Shown here piece after piece: positions 9,635-20,407 of a stretch of 54,960 bases of DNA. Within the stretch, counting starts at the first letter, position 1; every line of letters starts with the position of its first letter. The notes beneath the pieces are model-generated. The model made no database searches. It was not told where the DNA came from and saw only the letters and a program-made list of their open reading frames with translations. The translations under genes were made by a program, and so were the position numbers. The stretch comes from Candidatus Woesearchaeota archaeon (GTDB taxonomy: Archaea; Nanobdellota; Nanobdellia; SCGC-AAA011-G17; UBA489), in NCBI GenBank assembly GCA_016845225.1, contig JAERTB010000009.1, positions 1 through 54,960 of the forward strand, read 5' to 3'.

Positions 9635-10912
9635 ATGTTAGACATAAAATTTATTGTCGAAAATCCTTCAGAGGTAAAAGACAATCTAAAAAAGAGATTT
9701 AAGCAAGATCAAATTTGGATGGTCGATGAACTGATACAAGATTATGATAATTTCAAACTTCTAAAAAAAGAAATTGACGATTTACGTTCAGAAAGAAATA
9801 AACTTTCTAAAGAAATTAATAAACTAAAAAAAGAAAAGAAAAAAGCAGACAAAGAAATCAAAGCAGCTGCAAAAATTCCTTCTAAGGTTAAAGAACTTGA
9901 AGAGAAGATAAATCTTCTAAAAACAAACATGGATGAAAAGTTAGTTCAACTACCAAACATGTTACACAAATCATCTCCTGTGGGAGAAGATGAATCTAAA
10001 AATCCAGAAATTAAAAAAGTTGGCAAGCCTAAGAAGTTTGATTTCAAATTAAAAAGTCATGGAGAACTTGCAGAGTCATTAAACATTGCAGACTTTGAAG
10101 CAGGAAGAAAAGTTGCAGGTCAGGGTTTTAATTATATTTATGGAGAACTAGCGCAATTAGATTATGCTTTACAAAGATATGGTGTAGACTTCTTAATCAA
10201 AAAAGGATTTACATTTGTAGTTCCTCCTATGGTGTTAAACAAAAAAACATTAAGTGGTGCAGTAAACATTGCAGACTTTAAAGAAGTTATTTACAAAGTA
10301 GAAGATGAAGATCTTTACTTAATAGGTACAGGAGAACACCCATTGGTTGCATTATTCGGGGGAAAAGTATTAGACAAGAAAGACTTACCTACAAAACTAT
10401 GTACAGTTACTCCTTGTTTTAGAAAAGAAATAGGAAGTAGAGGCGTAGATACTAAGGGCCTATTTAGAATGCACCAATTTAACAAAGTAGAACAAGTTAT
10501 GTTGTCTTCAAAAGAAAAATCATTTGATAGATTAGAAGAAATGGAAAAAATAACTGAAGACTTTTTTGAAAGTCTAGAAATCCCTTTCAGAGTAATTGAA
10601 ATTTGTTCAGGAGACTTAGGTGACAAGTTTGCAAAACAATATGATATTGAAGCATGGTTCCCAAGACAGGAAGCATACAAGGAAGTAACTTCCGCAGGAC
10701 ATTGCACAGATTATCAATCAAGAAAATTAAATATTAAATACACAGATGGAAAAGAAAGAGAATATGCGCATTTACTTAACAATACAATGGTTGCAACATC
10801 AAGAGCAATGGTCGCAATTCTAGAAAACTTCCAACAAAAAGATGGTTCAGTAAAGATTCCAAAAGTTTTACATAAGTATCTTAATTTTAAAGAAATCAAA
10901 CCAAAGAAATAA
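9635..10912 (+). CDS. serS: seryl-tRNA synthetase
   Basis: N-terminal coiled-coil arm plus class II motifs (FRKE..G..T.GLFRMHQF, GDLG). 425 aa. Confidence 0.95.
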   Translation: MLDIKFIVENPSEVKDNLKKRFKQDQIWMVDELIQDYDNFKLLKKEIDDLRSERNKLSKEINKLKKEKKKADKEIKAAAKIPSKVKELEEKINLLKTNMDEKLVQLPNMLHKSSPVGEDESKNPEIKKVGKPKKFDFKLKSHGELAESLNIADFEAGRKVAGQGFNYIYGELAQLDYALQRYGVDFLIKKGFTFVVPPMVLNKKTLSGAVNIADFKEVIYKVEDEDLYLIGTGEHPLVALFGGKVLDKKDLPTKLCTVTPCFRKEIGSRGVDTKGLFRMHQFNKVEQVMLSSKEKSFDRLEEMEKITEDFFESLEIPFRVIEICSGDLGDKFAKQYDIEAWFPRQEAYKEVTSAGHCTDYQSRKLNIKYTDGKEREYAHLLNNTMVATSRAMVAILENFQQKDGSVKIPKVLHKYLNFKEIKPKK

Positions 10913-10931
10913 AATTCTTTCTCCAAAATAC

Positions 10932-10939
10932 TTATATAA
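10932..10939 (+). promoter_or_regulatory. TATA box of topA (leaderless)
   Basis: ttatataa lies 24 nt before the ATG at 10963. Confidence 0.6.
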
Positions 10940-10962
10940 CCTATATTTTCTAACACTATCTC

Positions 10963-13161
10963 ATGGTAGAGTTAATCTTTACAGAAAAGCCAGCACAAGC
11001 AGAAAAAATAGCATTTGCTCTAGCAGACATTGCACCAACAAAAAAAGCATTAGGAAAAGCACCTTACTTTGAATTAACTCACAATGGTAAAGATATTCTA
11101 GTGGGTTGTGCAGTAGGACATTTGTTTGGATTAAAAGAAATAAAGAAAAAGAAAGGATGGGATTATCCTGTTTTTGATATTGAATGGGTAGAAGCACATA
11201 AAGTTAGAAAAAATCAAGCACATTCTAAACCTTATATTGAAGCATTAAAGAAACTAGTAAAGAAAGCAGATTCTTTCACAGTTGCTTGCGACTACGATAC
11301 AGAAGGATCAGTAATTGGATTCAATTGTGTCCAATTCATTGCAAAAAAGAAAGATGCAAGAAGAATGAAATTCTCCACACTAACAAAAGAAGAGTTAGTA
11401 GAATCTTACAAAAATGCCTCAAAACACCTAGATTTTGGAGTAATCAATGCGGGTCAAACAAGACACCATTTAGATTATTTTTGGGGTATTTCATTATCAA
11501 GAGCACTAACATTGGCAGTAAAATCTACAGGAGCATTCAAATTAATGACCTCCGGTAGAGTTCAAGGACCTACACTAAAAATCATTGTAGAAAAAGAAAA
11601 AGAAATAGCAAAATTCATCCCAGAACCATATTGGGAAATAAACCTGGAAGCAGAAGTTAAAAAACATAAAATTGAAGCTTATCACAAAGAAGGAAAGATA
11701 TTTGATAAAAAGAAAGTAGATTCAATTCTAAAAAATACAAAAGATCCAAAGGCAATCATTTCTAAACTTTCAGAAAGAGAAACCGAATCTAAACCTCCGC
11801 ACCCATTTAATCTAACAAACTTACAAACAGAAGCATATTCATTATTTCACATATCTCCAAAAGAAACTCTATCTATTGCTCAAGAATTATATACAAAAGG
11901 GTTAATTTCCTATCCTAGAACATCTTCACAAAAATATCCTGCAGCATTAGAATTAGGAAAGATCATCAAGAAACTTCAAACAGTAAAAGATTACAAACCT
12001 CATTGTGAAAAATTACTAAAAACAAAATTAGTTCCTAATGAAGGTAAAAAATCAGACCCTGCACATCCTGCTATTTATGCAACTGGTGAAAAGGCAAGAA
12101 CCGCAGGCAAAAACAAAAAGATATATGATTTAATTGTTAGAAGAATGCTTTCTACTTTTGCAGAACCTGCAAAAAGAAAAACTATTACTGTAGACATTGA
12201 TGTAAATCAAGAACCATTTGTAGCAAAAGGAACAACAACTGTGAAAAAAGGATGGCATGAAATTTATGAACCATACTTAAGATTAAAAGAATTACAACTT
12301 CCTCAATTAGAAGAAGCCCAAGAACTAAATTCCCCTAAAGTAACTAAAGAAGATAAAGAAACTCAACCTCCAAGAAGATACACTCCTGCATCTATTTTAA
12401 AGGAGATGGATAAATTAAATATTGGTACAAAAGCAACAAGAGCTTCAATTTTAGATGCACTATATCTTAGGAATTATATTACTGACACATCCATAACAGC
12501 TACAGAACTGGGCATGCAAGCAGTAGAAGCACTTGAAAAATTCTGTCCAGAAATTCTTGATACTGACCTTACTAGACATTTCGAAGAAGAAATGGAACAG
12601 ATAATGGAAGATAAAAAAACCAAAGAAGAAGTATTAGAAGAAGCAAAGAAAACATTAACAGAAACATTAAATCATTTTAGAGAACATGAACAAGAGATTG
12701 GAGAAGTATTAGTTAAAGCAACAAGAAAAACAGAATACAAATTAAACACTATTGCAGAATGTCCAAAATGTAACAAAGGGGTTATTCAAATTAGGAATGG
12801 TCGTTTTGGGAAGTTTGTCGCATGTGATCAATATCCTGAGTGTAAGAACACCTATTCTCTTCCAGCAAATTCATTAATTAGAACACAAGATAAAAAATGC
12901 AAGGAATGTGATTTCCATACAGTATTAGCAATTCGTTCTGGAAAAAGGCCTTTTGATTATTGTTTGAATCAAGAATGTCCGCCAAAAGTAGAATGGAGAA
13001 AAGAGCAAGAAAAGAAAAGAGCAGAGAAAGGATTACCTCCATACAAAAGATCAACTAAAAAAACAACAAAGAAGACTGCAAAAAAGAAAACAACAAAGAA
13101 GACTGCAAAAAAGAAAACAGCTAAAAAATCTACAACAAAGAAGGTTTCTAAGAAAAAATAA
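10963..13161 (+). CDS. topA: type IA DNA topoisomerase (archaeal TopA) with Zn ribbons and a Lys-rich tail
   Basis: Toprim region (DYDTEGS), active-site region ISYPRTSSQ, and C-terminal CPKC..C..YPEC and CKEC zinc ribbons. The tail carries TKKTAKKK repeats. Confidence 0.9.
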   Translation: MVELIFTEKPAQAEKIAFALADIAPTKKALGKAPYFELTHNGKDILVGCAVGHLFGLKEIKKKKGWDYPVFDIEWVEAHKVRKNQAHSKPYIEALKKLVKKADSFTVACDYDTEGSVIGFNCVQFIAKKKDARRMKFSTLTKEELVESYKNASKHLDFGVINAGQTRHHLDYFWGISLSRALTLAVKSTGAFKLMTSGRVQGPTLKIIVEKEKEIAKFIPEPYWEINLEAEVKKHKIEAYHKEGKIFDKKKVDSILKNTKDPKAIISKLSERETESKPPHPFNLTNLQTEAYSLFHISPKETLSIAQELYTKGLISYPRTSSQKYPAALELGKIIKKLQTVKDYKPHCEKLLKTKLVPNEGKKSDPAHPAIYATGEKARTAGKNKKIYDLIVRRMLSTFAEPAKRKTITVDIDVNQEPFVAKGTTTVKKGWHEIYEPYLRLKELQLPQLEEAQELNSPKVTKEDKETQPPRRYTPASILKEMDKLNIGTKATRASILDALYLRNYITDTSITATELGMQAVEALEKFCPEILDTDLTRHFEEEMEQIMEDKKTKEEVLEEAKKTLTETLNHFREHEQEIGEVLVKATRKTEYKLNTIAECPKCNKGVIQIRNGRFGKFVACDQYPECKNTYSLPANSLIRTQDKKCKECDFHTVLAIRSGKRPFDYCLNQECPPKVEWRKEQEKKRAEKGLPPYKRSTKKTTKKTAKKKTTKKTAKKKTAKKSTTKKVSKKK
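13063..13116 (+). repeat. perfect 2 x 27-nt tandem repeat inside the topA tail
   Basis: acaacaaagaagactgcaaaaaagaaa occurs twice back to back. It encodes TTKKTAKKK. Confidence 0.9.
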
Positions 13162-13753
13162 AACCAGAATCACATAAACTAAACTCTTTCTCACTAACTT
13201 CAGGTTTAACTATCTTAAACTTTCTAACTTCATTAACTTCATCTAATTCAATTACAACATCACACCACTTTGTTACAAAGTTACCAGCAAGAGGTTCAAC
13301 TTTATTCTCACGAATATTTTGATAAACCTGATTACAAATAACAACTGGCTTACTACGTGAAATTTCTTTCAAAACTCTCATTTGTCTAGCCATTTCATTA
13401 TTAGACCCAGTTCTATCTTTACGAACTTCTTCACGATAGTGTTTACCTATTGTATCTACACCAATGAACTCAAAGAATTTTTCATTGTCTAAAATATTAC
13501 TAATAATCTTTGCTTGTTCTTTCAAATTTCCAGGTTTAGCAATCATTAAACTATCCAGTTGATCTCCAGCTATTTGTTTAAACCTATCAATACTAAATCC
13601 TCCTTCAGAGTCAAGAATAAATGCTTTGCCAGATATTTGCTTAATCGCTTCCATCATGAAAGTAGTTTTACCCGTTCCAGCCTTACCATAAACTAAGAAT
13701 AATCCTTTATCTAATCCAATCCCCTTTTCCATCAAACTTTCATTTAGATTCAT
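13148..13753 (-). CDS. radB: RadB-like RecA-superfamily ATPase
   Basis: Walker A GKAGTGKTT, then FILDSEGGFSIDRFKQIAG. 201 aa with no N-terminal HhH domain. Confidence 0.7.
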   Translation of the reverse strand: MNLNESLMEKGIGLDKGLFLVYGKAGTGKTTFMMEAIKQISGKAFILDSEGGFSIDRFKQIAGDQLDSLMIAKPGNLKEQAKIISNILDNEKFFEFIGVDTIGKHYREEVRKDRTGSNNEMARQMRVLKEISRSKPVVICNQVYQNIRENKVEPLAGNFVTKWCDVVIELDEVNEVRKFKIVKPEVSEKEFSLCDSGFIFS

Positions 13754-13806
13754 AAAGTATCAATTCTTTGCCTATTTATTAAGACAACCTTTCCAATTTC
13801 GAAATA

Positions 13807-13814
13807 TTTATATA
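13807..13814 (+). promoter_or_regulatory. TATA box of the Zn-ribbon/AbrB-like-cdc48 operon
   Basis: tttatata lies 29 nt before the ATG at 13843. Confidence 0.55.
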
Positions 13815-13842
13815 ACACTTGTATACACAGAATGTATACACA

Positions 13843-14223
13843 ATGAAAACAATAAATGATGCTAGAATTGTATGTGATAAGTGTAATATTGAAGCAGAAA
13901 AATCCATAATCTACAAAAATGGATATAAATTAAGGGCATGGAATTGTTCAAGTTGCAATGAACACTGGCTACATCCAACAGATTTAGAAGAGTATAACAA
14001 ATTTAAGGCAATGAGCAATAAAACTTACAGTGTAAAGTTAAGATTAGTGGGTAATTCATATGCAGTTTCAATTCCTAGAGAAATTATTGATTTTCAAGAA
14101 AACTTACTTTCAGAGATAGACGAAATGATCAAAATGTCATTAGAATCTCCTGAAAAACTAAGTTTATTTTTCACAAAGAAGGAAGATTTATTAAATCAAA
14201 AAAGGAGAATACCCAAACAATGA
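13843..14223 (+). CDS. Zn-ribbon plus SpoVT/AbrB-like small protein
   Basis: CDKC..x..CSSC ribbon and [18 protein letters not shown] (swapped-hairpin-like). Start moved to ATG 13843 because the TTG at 13819 lies only 5 nt from the TATA box. The stop overlaps the cdc48 ATG. Confidence 0.55.
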   Translation: MKTINDARIVCDKCNIEAEKSIIYKNGYKLRAWNCSSCNEHWLHPTDLEEYNKFKAMSNKTYSVKLRLVGNSYAVSIPREIIDFQENLLSEIDEMIKMSLESPEKLSLFFTKKEDLLNQKRRIPKQ

Positions 14224-16511
14224 CAGATAAAACAATATCACTAAAGGTACAAGAAGCTTATCAAGAAGAAGCTTACAAAGGAATAGTTAGAATAGACTCT
14301 CAAACCATGAGAGAAATAGGTGTGAAGTCTGGCGAAATTGTAGAAATTCAAGGAGGAAGAACCTCAGTAGGCATTGTGGACAGAGCTTATCCTTCAGATA
14401 TTGGTCAAAAAATTATTCGTATGGATGGAATAATTAGAAGAAATGCAAGAACAGGTATTGGTGAAGAAGTGAAAATAAAAAAAGCAGATGTAAGAGAAGC
14501 AAAAACAATCACAATTGCACCAGCACAACAAGGAGTTATGATACAAGCAGCAAATCCTGCATTATTCAAACAAGGATTATTGGGAAGAGCAGTCACTAAA
14601 GGAGATGTAATCTCTTTAGGTGGAGCAAAAAGAAGAAAGAGAACAATGTCTGGTTCTCCATTTGAAGATATTTTTAATGTATTTGAAGAAATTAATAGTA
14701 CTTCCTTCGGTTTTGGTTCATTAAAGTTTATTGTAGCAGATCTTGATCCTTCTAAACAACCAGCAATAATTACAGAAAATACTTCTTTAAAGATTTCAGC
14801 AAAAACAGTTGAAGTTAAAGAAGGAGAAGAAAAGATTCCAGAAGTTAACTATGAAGATATTGGCGGACTTCAAGAAGAAATTAAAAAAATAAGGGAAATG
14901 GTAGAGTTACCATTAAAGAATCCAGAGATTTTTGAAAGTTTAGGTATCTCGCCTCCAAAGGGAGTATTACTTCACGGACCTCCTGGAACAGGTAAAACCT
15001 TATTGGCAAAAGCTGTTGCAACAGAAACAAATGCAAATTTCATTTTAGTAAATGGTCCAGAACTTCTTTCAAAGTTCTATGGAGAAACAGAAAAAAAGAT
15101 TAGAAAATTATTCGAAGATGCAGAAAAGAATGCGCCTACAATTATTTTCATTGATGAAATCGATGCTATTGCACCTAAGAGAGAAGAAACCTATGGCGAA
15201 GTAGAAAGAAGAATGGTTTCACAACTTCTTACAGTAATGGACGGACTAAATGCAAGAGGAAGAGTAATTGTAATTGGTGCAACTAATAGGCAAAACTCAT
15301 TAGATCCTGCATTAAGAAGGCCTGGAAGATTCGATAGAGAAATTAACATTGGTGTTCCAAACAAAGAAGGAAGATTAAAGATTTTACAAATTCATACAAG
15401 AAACATGCCCCTTACAAAAGATGTAGATCTTGAAGCAATTGCTTCAAAAACTCATGGTTTCGTGGGTGCAGATTTAGAATCTCTTTGTAAAGAGGCAGCA
15501 ATGAATGTTATTAGAAGGGAAATGCCTAAACTAAATCTTAAGGAAGGAGAAGTTTCTTCAGATTTAAAATCAAAACTTCAAGTTAAGAAAGAAGATTTTG
15601 TGGCTGCAAGAAAAATAGTAAGGCCTTCTTCATTAAGGGAAGTTTTAGTTGAAGCTCCAGATGTTAAATGGACAGACGTAGGAGGATTAGATTCATTAAA
15701 AGGCGAACTAAAAGAAGCAATTGAATGGCCATTAAAATATCCTCACACATTTAACAAAATGGGAATTAAACCTCCAAGAGGAATACTTATGTATGGGCCT
15801 CCGGGAACTGGTAAAACATTATTAGCAAAAGCAGTTGCAAATGAATCTGAATCTAACTTTATTTTAGTTAAAGGGCCAGAACTTTTAACAAAATGGGTAG
15901 GAGAATCAGAAAAAGGAGTAAGAAAAATCTTTGAAAAAGCAAGAGAAACTTCTCCTACAATTATTTTCTTTGATGAAATAGATGCACTTGCAACACGAAG
16001 AGGATTAGACTCTGGCTCACAAGTAACTGAAAGAGTAGTAAATGCATTACTTGCAGAAATGGATGGATTAGAAGAACTTACAGACGTAGTAGTTTTGGCT
16101 GCAACAAATAGACCAGACTTAGTTGATCCTGCACTTATGCGTCCAGGAAGATTCGATAGAATTATTGCAACTCAACTTCCAGATGAAAAGACAAGATTAG
16201 AAGTTTTAAAAGTTCATACAAGAACAATACCTCTTGCAAAGGATGTTAACTTAGAAGAAGTTAATAAAAAATTAGAAGATTTCAATGGAGCAGATATACA
16301 AGGACTTTGTAGAGAAGCTGCAATGGTTGCATTAAGAGCTAACAAAGAATCTACAGAAGTTACCATGGCTAATTTTGAAAAAGCAATTGAAAAGATAATG
16401 CCTTCATTAAAACAAGAAGAAATAGAGAAATACAAAAACATTGAAGAAAAATATCTTAAAGCTGCAAGAGTAGCACAACAGAAACCAATAAAACAATCTT
16501 ATTTGGGTTAA
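14220..16511 (+). CDS. cdc48: CDC48/VCP-type double AAA+ ATPase
   Basis: N-domain followed by two AAA modules ([15 protein letters not shown] twice, DEID twice). 763 aa. The C-terminus is QSYLG. Confidence 0.95.
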   Translation: MTDKTISLKVQEAYQEEAYKGIVRIDSQTMREIGVKSGEIVEIQGGRTSVGIVDRAYPSDIGQKIIRMDGIIRRNARTGIGEEVKIKKADVREAKTITIAPAQQGVMIQAANPALFKQGLLGRAVTKGDVISLGGAKRRKRTMSGSPFEDIFNVFEEINSTSFGFGSLKFIVADLDPSKQPAIITENTSLKISAKTVEVKEGEEKIPEVNYEDIGGLQEEIKKIREMVELPLKNPEIFESLGISPPKGVLLHGPPGTGKTLLAKAVATETNANFILVNGPELLSKFYGETEKKIRKLFEDAEKNAPTIIFIDEIDAIAPKREETYGEVERRMVSQLLTVMDGLNARGRVIVIGATNRQNSLDPALRRPGRFDREINIGVPNKEGRLKILQIHTRNMPLTKDVDLEAIASKTHGFVGADLESLCKEAAMNVIRREMPKLNLKEGEVSSDLKSKLQVKKEDFVAARKIVRPSSLREVLVEAPDVKWTDVGGLDSLKGELKEAIEWPLKYPHTFNKMGIKPPRGILMYGPPGTGKTLLAKAVANESESNFILVKGPELLTKWVGESEKGVRKIFEKARETSPTIIFFDEIDALATRRGLDSGSQVTERVVNALLAEMDGLEELTDVVVLAATNRPDLVDPALMRPGRFDRIIATQLPDEKTRLEVLKVHTRTIPLAKDVNLEEVNKKLEDFNGADIQGLCREAAMVALRANKESTEVTMANFEKAIEKIMPSLKQEEIEKYKNIEEKYLKAARVAQQKPIKQSYLG

Positions 16512-17029
16512 TTCCCAAATTTTATTTCTTTTTTTGTTTTTTCTAGAAATTTAGTAACTTCTTTTTTATTTTTAAGATAAATAAACTGGCCATTACTCTC
16601 CAACACCTCTTTACCAAATCTCCTATATGTTTCAAGATCATCTTTAAGTTTATAGTGTAGCACCATTTTCAATAATTTCAAAGTTTCAATTAAACTAGAA
16701 TTTTCAGCTCTACTTTTCAAATATCTCTTTAAAATTCTCCAAACAATTACTCTCAATGGAGCGTCAACCCAAATCAATAAATTACATTTTTTAATAGAAT
16801 CTTCAACCCATTCATCATACACACCTTCAACTATCCAATTTTCTTTTCTAATAGTTTCTTTAAACAATTTTTTACGTTCTTTTACAGTTCTAGATTTGCA
16901 ATATTTGCATTCAAAGAAAAAATCATCCAAGTCATAATGATCAATTTCAAAAATATCGGATAACTTTTTAGCAAGATATGTCTTGCCACTTCCAGATACA
17001 CCGAAGATATGTACTTTAATTCCAGACAT
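16508..17029 (-). CDS. adenylate-kinase-like P-loop NTPase (topology modulation FlaR-like)
   Basis: P-loop [14 protein letters not shown] followed by HYDLDDFFF. 173 aa. Confidence 0.65.
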   Translation of the reverse strand: MSGIKVHIFGVSGSGKTYLAKKLSDIFEIDHYDLDDFFFECKYCKSRTVKERKKLFKETIRKENWIVEGVYDEWVEDSIKKCNLLIWVDAPLRVIVWRILKRYLKSRAENSSLIETLKLLKMVLHYKLKDDLETYRRFGKEVLESNGQFIYLKNKKEVTKFLEKTKKEIKFGN

Positions 17030-17035
17030 TGATAT

Positions 17036-17902
17036 TCACTTTTTCGTGGTTATCCCAGTTCCTACTTCCACAGTATTTTCATATTGTGAAACCATTCCTC
17101 CGGTTTTTTCAGGAAGAATTGTATACTGTTTTATTGCCTCAGCTTTTTCAAGAAGATTCAATAAGAATTTTGCATTAGGAAAATCTTTCAACCACCGTTC
17201 TGTAAATGGTAATGTGCTATAATCTTTTTCAATTTTAGTTAACAATTTTCTTGCATTAGGTAGTCTAACTGGTTTTTTTTCAAGAAATGCATAAACCCCG
17301 CAAGGCTTTCCTTCTTTTACAGTTCCATTTCCATTAGTTGCAAAGGGTTCAATTGCAATATGTTGCCCTTCAACTAACTTATTTTCATTTTTATTGTCAT
17401 AATTTGGAATTGTGGGTGAAGTATGCACTTTCCATTCAGCAACACCATGGCCACTTAGATTAGTTATAGGTGTAAATCCTGCCCCAGTAATTGTTTCCTG
17501 TATAACTTTCCCAATATTCCTAATTGGACAATCTGGAATTGCAATTTCGCATGCAGCTAAACAAGCATCCTTAGAAGCACCAATCAACTCTTTCCATTTG
17601 TCTGTACCAATTTCAACAGTACAAGCATTATCTGCAACTGCACCATTAACATGAACTCCAATATCTAATTTAACAACATCTCCTTTTTCTAAAACTTTAT
17701 CATCTACAATATACGGACAATAATGTGCTGCAACTTCATTAACAGAAACATCCATGGGAAATGCTGGAAATCCTCCTTTCTTAATTATAAAATCTTCAAC
17801 TGTATCTGCAACATAAGTATAACTCGTTCCTTCTTTGCAAATTTCTTGAGCATACTCTCTAGCTTCAGCAGCAATTTTTCCAGCCTTTAACCAGTCACTC
17901 AT
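17036..17902 (-). CDS. map: type 2 methionine aminopeptidase
   Basis: Pita-bread fold metal-ligand pattern (DVVKLDIGVHVNG, GHG, IAIEPF) plus the archaeal-type insert. 288 aa. Confidence 0.9.
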   Translation of the reverse strand: MSDWLKAGKIAAEAREYAQEICKEGTSYTYVADTVEDFIIKKGGFPAFPMDVSVNEVAAHYCPYIVDDKVLEKGDVVKLDIGVHVNGAVADNACTVEIGTDKWKELIGASKDACLAACEIAIPDCPIRNIGKVIQETITGAGFTPITNLSGHGVAEWKVHTSPTIPNYDNKNENKLVEGQHIAIEPFATNGNGTVKEGKPCGVYAFLEKKPVRLPNARKLLTKIEKDYSTLPFTERWLKDFPNAKFLLNLLEKAEAIKQYTILPEKTGGMVSQYENTVEVGTGITTKK

Positions 17903-20376
17903 TAGAAGTCTCCCAAGCTTTTCTGTTTTTGTTCATTTGTAACATCTTCTTTCTCGTAGCCCACAGCAGAAAGTATTCTTTCAACTACTGGAATTATTTG
18001 ATGATTGATATAATAATCTGGGTCATAAATCTTTGCTTCATCAGAAGGAAGCGCCCTAGTTCCAATATTTCCCTTTCCTGGCTGAACAACATATAAAATA
18101 TCGCTTCCGGCACCAACAGTTTCTCCACGTTTGACTAATTTCTTAGCAACATTAACATGAGGCCCAATAGCAACATAATCTTCAATTTCCTTAATCAACC
18201 TTTTTTTAATAATCATTTTTTTAACAGGAATCTTTCCCTCCTTTATTTTTTCAACAGTCTTCTTAACATATTTTACTGCTTTTTCAACATCATTTTCTTG
18301 AAGAATAATTTCTAAAACCCTTTCTTGAACTTCTTTTGCAATTTTACTCCAATCTCCCCTAACAGTTTCAAATCCCGCGATCTTTATTTCTCCTGCCTCA
18401 TCAATCAAAGCGTATTTTTTCTTAGCTCCTTTTTCAGAATCTCCTTTTTTTGTAACAAAAATTCCACGTTTATAGAATCCGTCCAATTCTAATTCCATTA
18501 AACTTGGTAAATCATTATTAACATCTTTCAAGAATTTCTCTGCATCTTTCATACTCTTTCCTTCTCCAAGAGAAATAAAAATTGAGTCAGTATCTCCATA
18601 AATTACTTTTAATTTATCCTTTTTAGCACGCTCCATTAATTTTTTAATGTAGTCTCGACCATAGGCAGTTGTAGATGCAGCACATTCTTTACAGTACCAT
18701 CTCGCACCAAAGAATCCAAGATACCCATATGCACTATTTGCTAAGATTTTTAACCCATATTGTCTAGCATTTAATACAGGATCTTTCTTATCTTTTTTTA
18801 ACATCTCCTTAACACGATTTCTTCTAACTAAAATCTCTCGGATAAGTTTAGGAAATATTCCATCATATTTGTAAGTAAAACAAAAATGAGTTTCCTCATC
18901 ACCTATTTTTATTTCAGGACTCTTATTGACTTCTTTTTCAGAATCAGTAAGAGTACTTGGGCAAATATTATGTGCGCTGATGATTGTAGGATATAAACTT
19001 TTGAAATCTAAAACTGCAACATCTTCATAAACTCCCGCAGTAGGTTGATAGACAAAAGCACCCTCGACTTTCTTACCTTCTCTTTCATTCATTACACCAG
19101 AATGGGGCCTATTTGGTGCGATTTCATTAAATTGTTCAAGATTATTTAATACAAAATTTTCAACAAGTCTTCCATAACTCATTCTAGTTATTTCTTCAGG
19201 GAGTAGTCTACAAAGTTTAATGAATTCATTAACATGAGGCAATAACTTCTCTGCAAGTTGTAATGTAATTCTGGCATCTACTAGATTATAATCACAGTAT
19301 TCCTCAATTGCTTTTCCTCCTTTATCCCACGCTTTATACAAATTTTCAACATTTGCCCCACTCTTACCAGTACCTAACAAACTATTTGCAACTGTATCTA
19401 AATCATAAGAGGGAAGATTCATTTCTCCTGCAAGTACTCTTCTAACAAACTTAAAAACATCTATATGGGGAATTCCACAAACTTTTGCAGTTTTGTTTCC
19501 TCTACCCTTTGAAAATCTGACATTGCTCCCATCAATTCCAAGATCTAATTTAATTTTATATTTATCTGCCCTTCCTCTAAGATATGGAAAATCAAAACCA
19601 TCAGAAAAATATCCAGTTAAATAATCTGGTTCATATTCTCTTATCACATCTTTAAATTTAACAATTAATTCTCTTTCATCTTTAACAAACTCAATATTTT
19701 TTTTAGCGCCAGAATATTTTTTCCAAACAATTGTTTTTTCAAAACCGTCACTTCCAGAAAAGGCAATCATTAAGATAGGGTCTTCATCTTCATTTGGATT
19801 TCTTTTAGCGTTATACACTTCAATATCAAAACTCAAAACTTTTGGATTTTCTAAAATTTCTTCACCTACTTGTTTAATCTTTTTAGCTTCAAAGGTCAAA
19901 GAACGATAACTACTATCCACTTCATCACCCTCAACAACACAAAGAGCAAGAGCATTAAGTTTCATTTCTCTCATGTATCTCTGAACAAAAGGGATATCAA
20001 TTTCTAAACAAGTAACTACTCCCTCCATCTTTCTAATCTCTTCTCTAAGAGGCATAATATCTCTAGGATTATTAACTTCAACTTTCAAAGCATAAACCTC
20101 TTTTCCAAGATATTTTTTCTTTTCCAAGGAAACTTCAGTAGCATGAGCGACTCTTTTTCTCTCATGTATTTTTAAATCTAAAATTTCTTCTGTAACAGAT
20201 TTAACGGCCTCCTTATTTTCAAGAGTAACCCAGAAGTAATTTGAGAAGCTTCTATCTAATACACATATCCTTTTCCCCTCCTTAGTTCTCCCAAAAAGTC
20301 TAATCACCCCCCTATGATTTCCACTAAATTCATCAATATAATCCACACTTACCGGGTAAAACTCTATTTTGTCCAT
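17902..20376 (-). CDS. polB: family B DNA polymerase
   Basis: Exo I FDIEV, SLYPSII-like LYPTIISAHN and YGDTDS motifs. C-terminal PIP-like QKSLGDF. No intein-sized insert. Confidence 0.95.
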   Translation of the reverse strand: MDKIEFYPVSVDYIDEFSGNHRGVIRLFGRTKEGKRICVLDRSFSNYFWVTLENKEAVKSVTEEILDLKIHERKRVAHATEVSLEKKKYLGKEVYALKVEVNNPRDIMPLREEIRKMEGVVTCLEIDIPFVQRYMREMKLNALALCVVEGDEVDSSYRSLTFEAKKIKQVGEEILENPKVLSFDIEVYNAKRNPNEDEDPILMIAFSGSDGFEKTIVWKKYSGAKKNIEFVKDERELIVKFKDVIREYEPDYLTGYFSDGFDFPYLRGRADKYKIKLDLGIDGSNVRFSKGRGNKTAKVCGIPHIDVFKFVRRVLAGEMNLPSYDLDTVANSLLGTGKSGANVENLYKAWDKGGKAIEEYCDYNLVDARITLQLAEKLLPHVNEFIKLCRLLPEEITRMSYGRLVENFVLNNLEQFNEIAPNRPHSGVMNEREGKKVEGAFVYQPTAGVYEDVAVLDFKSLYPTIISAHNICPSTLTDSEKEVNKSPEIKIGDEETHFCFTYKYDGIFPKLIREILVRRNRVKEMLKKDKKDPVLNARQYGLKILANSAYGYLGFFGARWYCKECAASTTAYGRDYIKKLMERAKKDKLKVIYGDTDSIFISLGEGKSMKDAEKFLKDVNNDLPSLMELELDGFYKRGIFVTKKGDSEKGAKKKYALIDEAGEIKIAGFETVRGDWSKIAKEVQERVLEIILQENDVEKAVKYVKKTVEKIKEGKIPVKKMIIKKRLIKEIEDYVAIGPHVNVAKKLVKRGETVGAGSDILYVVQPGKGNIGTRALPSDEAKIYDPDYYINHQIIPVVERILSAVGYEKEDVTNEQKQKSLGDF

Positions 20377-20399
20377 ATCCTCAAAATAGTTAAAATAGC

Positions 20400-20407
20400 A
20401 TATAAAT
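20400..20407 (-). promoter_or_regulatory. TATA box of polB (leaderless)
   Basis: The minus strand reads atttatat, 24 nt before the ATG at 20376. Confidence 0.55.

Noticed and set aside
10315-10707. 130-aa minus-strand ORF inside serS, and similar antisense ORFs inside ileS, polB, mcm, the thermosome gene and others
   Set aside because: All are shadow ORFs opposite confidently identified housekeeping genes.
17902-20376. Inteins in polB, and also in mcm at 32599-34620
   Set aside because: Both proteins have uninterrupted catalytic motifs and normal lengths (824 and 673 aa). No Hint or LAGLIDADG-like insert is present.
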